A stretch of 36,184 nt of DNA from Clostridia bacterium (GTDB taxonomy: Bacteria; Bacillota; Clostridia; HGM11514), in contig JAZNAU010000022.1 of assembly GCA_045586685.1 (NCBI GenBank), forward strand, positions 1 through 36,184, given 5' to 3'. Both the position numbers and the translations under genes were made by a program. The notes beneath the pieces were generated by a model, which searched no databases, was not told the origin of the DNA, and worked only from the letters and a program-made list of their open reading frames with translations. Below are positions 18,792 to 27,286 of this stretch, piece by piece. Numbering within the stretch: position 1 is the stretch's first letter; every line of letters begins with the position of its first letter.

Positions 18792-19655
18792 ATGAAAATT
18801 ATTGAGGTGATTAAAGGAGAGAAACCAAGTCTTTCCTTTGAGGTGTTTCCTCCTAAAACGGATACTGCTTTTGACAGTGTGTTTAAAGCCACGGAAGAGT
18901 TGGCAGCCTTAAAGCCCGATTTTATGAGTGTAACCTACGGGGCAGGGGGAGGCACTTCTGCGTACACGGCACAGATTTCGAAAAATTTACAAGACAAGTT
19001 TGGAGTTCCTACACTGGCACACTTAACCTGCGTTTCCTCTACAAAAAAAGAAATTCAGAATCAACTTCATAGGTTAAAAGAGTACGGTATAACCAATATT
19101 CTTGCATTGCGGGGGGATATTCCTGAGGATATGGAGAAAGAAAATCTGGAATACCATTATGCAGGTCAGCTGATTGAGGAAATTAAAGCGTTTGGTGATT
19201 TTTGTATTGGCGGAGCTTGCTATCCGGAAAGTCATCCCGAAAGCGAAACCTGTGCAAAAGACGTGGCATATTTAAAGAAAAAGGTGGAGCAGGGTTGTGA
19301 ATTTCTGACGACACAGATGTTTTTTGATAATAACATTCTTTATAATTTCTTGTATCGGATTCGGGAGGCGGGGGTTACTGTTCCGGTTGTGGCAGGAATT
19401 ATGCCTGTGACCAATGCAGCACAGATGAAACGGATTTGTTCCATTTCCCAAACTGCCCTACCTCAGCGGTTCATTCGTATTGTTGACCGTTACGGCGACA
19501 AACCAGAGGCAATGAAACAGGCGGGAATTGCCTATGCTACCGAGCAGATTATTGATTTGTATGCCAATGGCATCAATGCAGTTCATGTGTATACTATGAA
19601 TAAACCCGATGTTGCAGCCGAGATTCAAAGAAACATTAGTGAGATTATTAGATGA
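18792..19655 (+). CDS. metF: 5,10-methylenetetrahydrofolate reductase
   Basis: SFEVFPPK, SVTYGAGG, AHLTCV, LALRGD, ACYPESHPE, TQMFFDN, HVYTMN. Confidence 0.95.
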   Translation: MKIIEVIKGEKPSLSFEVFPPKTDTAFDSVFKATEELAALKPDFMSVTYGAGGGTSAYTAQISKNLQDKFGVPTLAHLTCVSSTKKEIQNQLHRLKEYGITNILALRGDIPEDMEKENLEYHYAGQLIEEIKAFGDFCIGGACYPESHPESETCAKDVAYLKKKVEQGCEFLTTQMFFDNNILYNFLYRIREAGVTVPVVAGIMPVTNAAQMKRICSISQTALPQRFIRIVDRYGDKPEAMKQAGIAYATEQIIDLYANGINAVHVYTMNKPDVAAEIQRNISEIIR

Positions 19656-20236
19656 GTACGGTATTGGAACGGGGAACAGATGTGCTGACGGAGGTGTCGG
19701 TTCCAACGTCCGAGCTTGCCCTTCGGCTTGGCACAAAGGAAATCACCGCAGAAACAATGGAATGTATTGAACAACTCCAACATGTATCAGATTGTCGATA
19801 TTGTTATGTGCGGGTGCCGGTCACCTTTCTTTCTCCCAAACAGTTTATGTTGGGGGATTTTATGGTTACCAGTCAGGCTTTGGGAAACTATTTAAAAGAA
19901 TGTAAGCAATGTTTTCTTTTTGCTGCAACCATCGGGCCAGGTGCGGACAGGTTGATTGCCCGTTTGGGAGTCACTTCTCCTGCACGACAATTTATTACAG
20001 ACGGAGCGGCTTCCGCTTTAATTGAAGGGGTATGTGACCATGTTTGCGAAAAGCTTTCAAAAAAGAATCAATGCCGACCAAGATTCAGTCCCGGGTTTGG
20101 AGATTTTTTGTTGGATTGTCAGCCTGATCTGTTGCGGTTGACAGGGGCGGCAAAGCAAATTGGATTGACTTTAACGGAGGCTTTGTTTCTAACACCGTCT
20201 AAGTCCGTTACGGCGGTTATTGGAATAGATGCATAG
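19652..20236 (+). CDS. Stand-alone methionine synthase (MetH) SAM-dependent reactivation domain
   Basis: FAATIG, RPRFSPGFGD, LTPSKSVTAVIG. Lies between metF and a MetH lacking its C-terminal domain. Confidence 0.85.
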   Translation: MSTVLERGTDVLTEVSVPTSELALRLGTKEITAETMECIEQLQHVSDCRYCYVRVPVTFLSPKQFMLGDFMVTSQALGNYLKECKQCFLFAATIGPGADRLIARLGVTSPARQFITDGAASALIEGVCDHVCEKLSKKNQCRPRFSPGFGDFLLDCQPDLLRLTGAAKQIGLTLTEALFLTPSKSVTAVIGIDA

Positions 20237-20283
20237 CACGGGCAAACTTAGTTTGCCCATTTTTATAGGAAAGGAAAAGTCAC

Positions 20284-22632
20284 ATGGATATCAGAGAAAC
20301 AATAAAAAAATCCAGAATTTATTTTGACGGCGGTATGGGAACCATGCTTCAGGCAGCAGGCCTTGGTCCGGGAGAAAATTCTGCAACGTGGAATCTGACC
20401 CATCCGGAGGAGGTCACATTGGTGCACCGGGCTTACTTAGAAGCGGGTTGTAACGTAATATGCGCTAATACATTTGGAATCAACCCTTTGAATGATGATA
20501 ACTATGAACTGCTTATTAAAGCGGGGATTTCCTGTGCAAAAGAGGCAGCGAAAGAATTTCCGGACAGCTTTGTAGCATATGATATGGGTCCCAGCGGAAA
20601 AATGTTGGAGCCTTTGGGGGATTTATCTTTCGACCATGCGGCAGAAAGCTTTTGTAAGCTGGCAAAATCGGCACAGCAGGCAGGAGCCGATTTGATTTTT
20701 ATTGAAACCATGAACGATTGTTATGAAACAAAGGCGGCTGTGGTGGGGGCAAAAGAGGGATGCGATTTACCCATTTTTGTATCTAATGTATATGACGGAT
20801 TTGGGAAATTGATGACTGGAGCCAGTCCTTCTGCCATGGCGGCAATGTTGGAGGGTTTGGGTGTAGATGCTTATGGCATGAACTGTTCTTTAGGACCCCG
20901 TCAGATGATTCCTGTGGTACAGGAATTAACCTCTGTTTCCTCTCTGCCGGTGATAGTAGTTCCCAATGCAGGACTTCCCAGAGTGGAACAGGGAAAAACG
21001 GTTTATGACATTTCTCCCCAAGAGTTTGGGGAGCTAATGGCGGAGATTGCCAAAATAGGAAGTGTGTTGTTGGGCGGTTGTTGTGGAACAACCCCTGAGC
21101 ATATCAGATTAACGATAGAGTCCACCAAAAATATTCCTTATACATATCCTGAAAAGAAAGAAAAAACCCTTGTGTCTTCTTATACCCATAGTGTAGAAAT
21201 CGGAAAAGAGCCTATTTTAATAGGAGAGCGAATCAATCCTACCGGAAAACCAAAATTAAAAGAAGCATTAAAACTGAGAAATTTAAATTATATATTAAAT
21301 GAAGGAATTCGTCAAAGCGAGCAAGGGGTTCATATTCTGGATGTAAATGTGGGGCTTCCTGAAATTGATGAAGCGGATATGATGAAGAAATGCGTGACTC
21401 AGCTTCAGGCAGTGTCCGATTTGCCCTTGCAGATTGATACCGGGGACCCTCTTGCATTGGAGCAAGGGGCACGTTATTATAATGGAAAACCCTTGATTAA
21501 CTCGGTGAACGGGAAACAATCCAGTATGGAAACGGTATTTCCTGTTGTGAAAAAGTACGGGGGAGCCGTGATTGCACTGACCATGGACGAATCAGGTATT
21601 CCCGATACGGCGCAGGGAAGATTTGAGATTGCAAAAAAAATTGTAGAGTGTGCAAGCAAGTGGGGAATTGACCGGAAGGATATTATTGTGGACCCGCTGG
21701 CGCTGACTATCTCTTCTAATCCTGATGGTGCACGAGTCACGTTGGAGTCGGTTAAATTGATCAGAGAAGGGCTTGGTGTTTCCACAAGCTTAGGAGTGTC
21801 CAATATTTCTTTCGGTTTACCGGAACGGGAAACGGTGAATACCGCCTTTTTTGTTATGGCATTGGAGCAGGGGTTGAGTTGCGCCATTATGAATCCGTTT
21901 TCAGAAGGAATGATGGGGGCTTATTATGCTTTCCGTGCTTTGCGTGAAATGGACTTGGGATGTAAAGACTATATTGCTTCCCGTACCAAGGCGGAAATAG
22001 ACACGAATGCGTCAAATAATTTAGAAGGTTCAGTATTGAAAGGCTTGTCTAAACAGGCACAGGAACAGGCAAAAGAATTGTTGCAAACCGTACAGCCTCT
22101 TTCTATTATTGATGAGCACATTATTCCCGCTCTTAACAAAATCGGAGAAGAATTTGAGCAGAAAAAGGCATTTCTACCCCAACTTCTCATGAGTGCAGAA
22201 GCGGCATCTGCTGCTTTTGAAGTGTTGAAAGAGGCAATGCCTAAAAACGAAGCCGATCAAAGTAGACAGGTGATTTTGGCAACGGTACAGGGAGATATTC
22301 ACGACATCGGAAAAAATATTGTAAAGGTTCTTTTGGAAAGCTTTGGGTTTTATGTCATTGATTTAGGACGAGATGTTCCTCCTGAAACTGTTTTGGAAGC
22401 AGTGCAAAGTTCTAATTGCCGTTTGGTGGGATTAAGTGCCTTGATGACCACCACTGTGCCTTCCATGGAACAAACCATCCGTTTGTTAAAAAAACACATT
22501 CCTGATATTACCGTTATGGTAGGAGGAGCAGTGCTGACTCAGGATTATGCAGATATGATAGGTGCTGACTTTTATGGTGCAGATGCCATGTCCTCTGTTC
22601 GTTATGCGGAGGAGTTTTATAAAAAAGTGTGA
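20284..22632 (+). CDS. metH: Cobalamin-dependent methionine synthase (Hcy-, pterin- and B12-binding domains; split type)
   Basis: FDGGMGTML, MNCSLGP, PNAGLP, GGCCGTTPEHI, IGERINPTGK, DVNVG, GVSNISFG, GDIHDIGKNIV, SALMTTT. Confidence 0.95.
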   Translation: MDIRETIKKSRIYFDGGMGTMLQAAGLGPGENSATWNLTHPEEVTLVHRAYLEAGCNVICANTFGINPLNDDNYELLIKAGISCAKEAAKEFPDSFVAYDMGPSGKMLEPLGDLSFDHAAESFCKLAKSAQQAGADLIFIETMNDCYETKAAVVGAKEGCDLPIFVSNVYDGFGKLMTGASPSAMAAMLEGLGVDAYGMNCSLGPRQMIPVVQELTSVSSLPVIVVPNAGLPRVEQGKTVYDISPQEFGELMAEIAKIGSVLLGGCCGTTPEHIRLTIESTKNIPYTYPEKKEKTLVSSYTHSVEIGKEPILIGERINPTGKPKLKEALKLRNLNYILNEGIRQSEQGVHILDVNVGLPEIDEADMMKKCVTQLQAVSDLPLQIDTGDPLALEQGARYYNGKPLINSVNGKQSSMETVFPVVKKYGGAVIALTMDESGIPDTAQGRFEIAKKIVECASKWGIDRKDIIVDPLALTISSNPDGARVTLESVKLIREGLGVSTSLGVSNISFGLPERETVNTAFFVMALEQGLSCAIMNPFSEGMMGAYYAFRALREMDLGCKDYIASRTKAEIDTNASNNLEGSVLKGLSKQAQEQAKELLQTVQPLSIIDEHIIPALNKIGEEFEQKKAFLPQLLMSAEAASAAFEVLKEAMPKNEADQSRQVILATVQGDIHDIGKNIVKVLLESFGFYVIDLGRDVPPETVLEAVQSSNCRLVGLSALMTTTVPSMEQTIRLLKKHIPDITVMVGGAVLTQDYADMIGADFYGADAMSSVRYAEEFYKKV

Positions 22633-22642
22633 ATAGAAAATG

Positions 22643-22672
22643 AAAAAGAACGCATATACTGCGTTCTTTTTT
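22643..22672 (+). terminator. Bidirectional-type terminator after metH
   Basis: AAAAAGAACGCA-TATAC-TGCGTTCTTTTT. Confidence 0.8.
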
Positions 22673-22751
22673 GCAGAGCCTTCTCAGGGTTCGATTCCTT
22701 TTGAATCAATAAAAAAAGCAAAAACGCAACTCTGTACGTTCTTGCTTTTTT

Positions 22752-22826
22752 TGGTGACCCGTGGGGGAATCGAACCCCCGTTATCGCCGTGAAAGGGCGG
22801 TGTCTTAACCGCTTGACCAACGGGCC
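22752..22826 (-). tRNA. tRNA-Glu (TTC)
   Basis: GGCCCGTTGGTCAAGCGGTTAAGACACCGCCCTTTCACGGCGATAACGGGGGTTCGATTCCCCCACGGGTCACCA folds as a cloverleaf with encoded CCA. Confidence 0.97.
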
Positions 22827-22846
22827 ATTTGATATGAACACATAAT

Positions 22847-22875
22847 ATTATAGCATATCTTTGTTGGTTTGTCAA
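22847..22875 (-). promoter_or_regulatory. Consensus SigA promoter of tRNA-Glu
   Basis: Minus strand TTGACA, 17 nt, TATAAT. Confidence 0.88.
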
Positions 22876-22928
22876 TCTTTTTTCATAAATTTTCTAGATC
22901 CTAAGAAAAAAACAGGATTTCCGCTATT

Positions 22929-23570
22929 TTATACATTTTTAGGAAGTGCGGTTCTTAAGTCTGACAGATGCTCATCCATACTCACCTTGCCGAGTGACCA
23001 GGTTCCCTGCGTATAAATCAGTTCCGTCACAGATGCATTGGATGCCCAAGGAATTTCATTTAATTCCTTCAGTTCCTTTCCCTGTGCAATACATTGTGCC
23101 ACTCTTACAGGGGTAGCATGAGTGGCAATTACCACTGTTTTTCCTGGGTTTTTCTCTGCAATCTGTTGCAGCGTTCTCATGACACGTTCTTTTAACTCTT
23201 TTACACTTTCGCCTCCGGTGCAAATAGCATTTCCAATATCGGTAAGCCACATGTCGTAATCTTCTTTAAAATCAGAAATCAATTGATTAAAAGGATAACC
23301 CTCCCACTCACCTGCAAAAATTTCACGCAAGCCCGTTTCTTTGACAATTTCCATGCCCAATTTATCTGCCGTAGCTTTTGCTGTCTGATAAGCACGTTTT
23401 AAATCACTGGCATAGATACCGTCTACCGAATACTGAGAGATGATAAATTCCGCAGTCAGCTTTGCTTGGTTGTGTCCTTTGTCGGACAATTCAAAATCTC
23501 CGTGTCCGGCATACAGTCCTAACTCATTTGCCTTGCTTTCGCCATGTCTGATTAAAAGTAATGTTGTCAT
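22929..23570 (-). CDS. Histidine phosphatase family protein (CobC/GpmB-like)
   Basis: LIRHGES, SDLKRAYQTA, LREIFAGEWEG, GGES, ATH. Confidence 0.92.
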   Translation of the reverse strand: MTTLLLIRHGESKANELGLYAGHGDFELSDKGHNQAKLTAEFIISQYSVDGIYASDLKRAYQTAKATADKLGMEIVKETGLREIFAGEWEGYPFNQLISDFKEDYDMWLTDIGNAICTGGESVKELKERVMRTLQQIAEKNPGKTVVIATHATPVRVAQCIAQGKELKELNEIPWASNASVTELIYTQGTWSLGKVSMDEHLSDLRTALPKNV

Positions 23571-23588
23571 GAATTTACATACTCCTTT

Positions 23589-25241
23589 TTACAGTTTTGA
23601 TGCCATTTTCAACGCATCGTCAATGTGGGGACAGAAGTGGTCAGCCCCTACTGCATCATAAAATCCGGATTTTTGCATAACGGAAAGAGGCTGAGGGTTT
23701 ACATGAGAAAAAATGAGGGAAATACCTTTATTGTTACATTTTTTTCGTAATATTTCCAATGAATTCATTGCAGTTGCATCTAAAGCCGGAACACTTCTCA
23801 TCCGAAGCACCAGACATTTTGTAAATTCTTTTACGGTAATATCCAAAATCTTGTCAGCAGCACCAAAAAACAAAGGGCCGCTCAATTCATATACGCGAAT
23901 ATGTTGAGGAACATCACGTAATTCCAGACTGTCTTCATCTTGTTCCACGTATTTCCAGCCTGTCACTTCCGTTTCTTCACTCATCCGTTTCATAAAAAGC
24001 ATTGCTGCCAGAATCATGCCAACTTCAATGGCAATCACCAAGTCAAACAGAACCGTCAGTACAAAGGTAACAACCATGACAATGCTGTCGCTTTTGGGAG
24101 CGGATTTTATGACAGAAACAAACTGTCTCCACTCGCTCATGTTATAGGCAACCATAAACAAAATTGCCGCTATAGCAGGCATGGGAATCAGTCCTGCATA
24201 AGGCATCAAAAAGAGTAATACCAACAAAAGAACAACTGCGTGCACCATTCCGGCAATGGGGGTTCTACCACCATTTTTCGCATTGGCAGCCGTTCTTGCA
24301 ATGGCACCCGTCGCAGGGATTCCACCAAATAAAACAGAGGCAATATTTCCGGCACCCTGTGCCACCAGTTCCATATTTGAATTGTGCCGGGAATTTATCA
24401 TACTATCTGCAACCACACAGGAAAGCAAGGACTCTATTGCCGCCAAAATGGCAATGGTAACCGCATCGGGAAAGACTTGTCCGATTTTTGCAAAACTAAA
24501 ATTCATACCGGAAAAATGAATCGTAGGCAATCCTGCAGGAATGGTATAAAGCTCCCCGATTGTAAATACACCCTCGTCAAGACCGGGGATGAATTTCACC
24601 ATAAGAACACCTGCAATGACTGCAATTAAGGAAGGAGGAATCCTCTTTTCCAATTTGGGATATACAATCAGAATTGCAAGGCAAACCACCCCAACAAGCA
24701 ATGTTTGCCATTGAAAGGTTCCCATCGCTTCTATGTTTGCATGAATTTTTTCCAAAGTTTCAACAGGTTTTACTCCTTCCCCATAAGTAAGACCTAAAAA
24801 ATCCTTGATTTGACCAATCAGAATGGTCACCGCAATGCCGGCGGTAAATCCGGTGGTAATGGTATAGGGAATAAACTTGATCAATGAACCAAGCTTAAAA
24901 ATCCCCATTAGAATCAGCAGAATTCCTGCTATCATTGTTGCAAGGAACAAACCGTCCATCCCTTGGGTGGCAACAATTCCCGCTACAATGGTAGCAAAAG
25001 CCGCAGTAGGCCCTGCAATCTGAATACGGCTTCCGCCTAAGAAAGAAACCACAAATCCTGCCGCAATAGCAGTATATACCCCGCAGGCAGGTTCTACCCC
25101 TGACGCCAGCGCCAGAGCGATAGAAAGAGGCAGCGCAATAATTGCCACAATAATCCCCGCAATCAGGTCTTTTATAAATTGTGCTTTGTTATATTGTTTC
25201 ATGGCAGAAAACAATTTTGGTGTTAAGTAAAAATTTTTCAT
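23589..25241 (-). CDS. SulP/SLC26 anion permease with STAS domain
   Basis: DLIAGIIVAIIALPLSIALA, IAGPTAA, ESLLS, GGIPATGAIART, C-terminal GPLFFGA...LDATA (STAS). Confidence 0.93.
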   Translation of the reverse strand: MKNFYLTPKLFSAMKQYNKAQFIKDLIAGIIVAIIALPLSIALALASGVEPACGVYTAIAAGFVVSFLGGSRIQIAGPTAAFATIVAGIVATQGMDGLFLATMIAGILLILMGIFKLGSLIKFIPYTITTGFTAGIAVTILIGQIKDFLGLTYGEGVKPVETLEKIHANIEAMGTFQWQTLLVGVVCLAILIVYPKLEKRIPPSLIAVIAGVLMVKFIPGLDEGVFTIGELYTIPAGLPTIHFSGMNFSFAKIGQVFPDAVTIAILAAIESLLSCVVADSMINSRHNSNMELVAQGAGNIASVLFGGIPATGAIARTAANAKNGGRTPIAGMVHAVVLLLVLLFLMPYAGLIPMPAIAAILFMVAYNMSEWRQFVSVIKSAPKSDSIVMVVTFVLTVLFDLVIAIEVGMILAAMLFMKRMSEETEVTGWKYVEQDEDSLELRDVPQHIRVYELSGPLFFGAADKILDITVKEFTKCLVLRMRSVPALDATAMNSLEILRKKCNNKGISLIFSHVNPQPLSVMQKSGFYDAVGADHFCPHIDDALKMASKL

Positions 25242-25282
25242 TTGCAGACTCCTCTATGTATAATAGTCATTTCCAAACATAA

Positions 25283-25311
25283 AGTATATCATAGTTGGTT
25301 CCGTTTGTCAA
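25283..25311 (-). promoter_or_regulatory. SigA promoter of SulP-phosphatase operon
   Basis: Minus strand TTGACA, 17 nt, TATACT. Confidence 0.75.
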
Positions 25312-25398
25312 TGAATGAACTTACAAACAAGCACACATTTTTGTCCATAAAGTGTTACAAAATAATTAAAAAATTCCACCATTATTTTTGAATGTAAA

Positions 25399-25433
25399 AG
25401 AGACGATAACTTCATTTCTGAAATTATCGTCTC
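25399..25433. terminator. Inverted repeat near the compositional boundary
   Basis: GAGACGATAA...TTATCGTCTC. Confidence 0.55.
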
Positions 25434-25561
25434 AATTTACCTGTATTAAATATCATTTGTTCAAAACCGCTTGGCATCTACCCTTTTTGTTTCAAAACAA
25501 ATTTTTGTAAAAAGCCCCCAACAATTGAAACAAGAGAATGATTTAGATGTGATACATTCGA

Positions 25562-26989
25562 CTATAATTCTATTTTTGACAATCCTGCCTCTGATGTTTC
25601 CTTATAAGATTTGTGCATATCAATTCCTGTTTCCTTCATGGTTTGTATTACTTTATCAAAAGAAATTTTTCTTGTATCCCATAAAAAGCTCGCTAAACTC
25701 ACAGCATTTATTGCTCTCATCGCAGCTACGGCATTCCTTTCAATACAGGGAATTTGAACAAGACCGCATATAGGATCACAAGTAAGACCAAGATGATGTT
25801 CAATTGCAATTTCAGCGGCATATTCAATTTTTTCTATACCTAATCCAAAAAGTTCCGCAAGCGCCGCTGCGGCCATAGCACAAGCACTTCCAACCTCAGC
25901 CTGACAACCACATTCTGCACCGGAAATAGAGGCATTTGTTTTAATCAGATTCCCTATTATTCCTGCAGTCATCAATGCTCGAACTATACTCTCATCTGTA
26001 AAACTATTTTTTTGTTGCTGATAGTAAAGCACCGCCGGAACGATGCCTGCCGCACCGCAGGTGGGGGCTGTGACAATAGTTTCTCCTGATGCATTTTGCT
26101 CTCCGACAGCAAAAGCATAAGCACAAACCATTCTGTTTTCTCTGGTTTCAGCTGTTTCGTCTATGTGTTGATTATCAAACAGAATTTTTGCTTTCTTTTG
26201 AACGTTAAGACCACCGGGCAGTTCTCCGAAATCTGCTAATCCGCTTTTTATACAATTTTTCATTACATTCCAAATTTTTGTCATGTAGTCCATAAAATCA
26301 TCATCTTCGTTTTCCAATGCATATTCCCACAATCTTATATTTTTCTTTTGACAGTAGTTAGATATATCATAAAACTTACTTTGTTTATAAACTGTTTTTG
26401 GAGTTTCAACATCTTGATTTTCAAAGACTATACTTCCTCCGCCAACGCTTAAAACTCTGTTTTTACAAATTTCTTTTTTGTCTTTATATGCAATCAAATC
26501 AAATGTGTTGGGATGAGGTATATTTGCAGTTATAAAATCAAACTCTACATTGCACTTGTAGGGAAAAAATGTCTTTTTTATAACCGCATCTGTACCATGT
26601 CCTTTTCCTGTTTTTGCTAACGAACCATAAAGAACAACCTTAAAACTATCTGCATCATAGTTTTTTTCTTTAAAAATTATACATGCTTTTTCCGGACCAA
26701 TAGTATGAGAACTTGATGGTCCCCTTCCAATTTTATACAATTCTGTTATGGACTCCATGCCACTACCTTCTATATTAGTAGTTAAAACATTATTGTCAAA
26801 AAAGCATTCTACCGGCACATTAAATATTTTAGCTAAATTTATTAAGTTCTGTCCTGATGGATTTGATAGACCGGATTCCCACTTAGAAACCGCTCTATCA
26901 CTAATGCCTATATATTCACCTAACATTTTTTGAGACATTTTGTTTTTCACTCTTAGTTCTCTAATTTTTGAGTTATTAAAATTTTCCAC
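25562..26989 (-). CDS. XRE-family HTH fused to single-chain [4Fe-4S] L-serine ammonia-lyase (SdaA-type)
   Basis: aa 1-65: IRELRVKNKMSQKMLGEYIGISDRAVSKWESG (HTH_3). From aa 78: MESITELYKIGRGPSSSHT, LYGSLAKTGKGHGTD, TAPTCGAAG, GAECGCQAEVGSAC, HHLGLTCDP..GLVQIPCIERN, YKETSEAGL. GAGGTG RBS before GTG. Confidence 0.9.
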   Translation of the reverse strand: MENFNNSKIRELRVKNKMSQKMLGEYIGISDRAVSKWESGLSNPSGQNLINLAKIFNVPVECFFDNNVLTTNIEGSGMESITELYKIGRGPSSSHTIGPEKACIIFKEKNYDADSFKVVLYGSLAKTGKGHGTDAVIKKTFFPYKCNVEFDFITANIPHPNTFDLIAYKDKKEICKNRVLSVGGGSIVFENQDVETPKTVYKQSKFYDISNYCQKKNIRLWEYALENEDDDFMDYMTKIWNVMKNCIKSGLADFGELPGGLNVQKKAKILFDNQHIDETAETRENRMVCAYAFAVGEQNASGETIVTAPTCGAAGIVPAVLYYQQQKNSFTDESIVRALMTAGIIGNLIKTNASISGAECGCQAEVGSACAMAAAALAELFGLGIEKIEYAAEIAIEHHLGLTCDPICGLVQIPCIERNAVAAMRAINAVSLASFLWDTRKISFDKVIQTMKETGIDMHKSYKETSEAGLSKIEL

Positions 26990-27234
26990 TATTTCACCTC
27001 ATAAAAAACCATTCTATCAATATTATAAGCAAAAACATTCCAACTATAAAGGCAAATTTAAAATTTATTTTATCTTTGCCTCAACCGACAGTTGATATTT
27101 GGCCTAAATTGACAAATTTGGATATCGCGATGTCTCTGGTTCATGTCTGTTTTAAGACAGCTTAACATTTATCCTTTGGTTTTAAAATCAATTTTCCAAA
27201 AACACTCAAACCATAAAAAAGAGAGCTATTTGAG

Positions 27235-27284
27235 GTCATCCAAATCATTTGCTTCTTTTGGAAGAACCAAATGGTTTAGATGAC
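27235..27284. terminator. Long imperfect hairpin directly after the histidine kinase stop
   Basis: GTCATCCAAATCATTTGCTTCTT / AAGAACCAAATGGTTTAGATGAC, 20 of 23 positions complementary, 4-nt loop. Confidence 0.55.
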
Positions 27285-27286
27285 AT

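Noticed and set aside
19652-22632. Split methionine synthase as a novelty
   Set aside because: A separate reactivation domain is a known arrangement in Thermotoga and many Clostridia.
22783-22800. C-A mismatch at the top of the tRNA-Glu anticodon stem (27-43)
   Set aside because: A single terminal mismatch is tolerated in tRNAs; the rest of the cloverleaf, CCA and promoter are intact, so it is not called a pseudogene.
22617-22875. Short ORFs 22617-22841 and 22684-22875
   Set aside because: They overlap the tRNA-Glu gene and its terminators; spurious.
25457-25483. GTTCAAAACCGCTTGGCATCTACC as a degenerate tRNA/tmRNA 3' end (att scar) at the compositional boundary
   Set aside because: Too divergent; no T-stem pairing and no partner repeat in the window.
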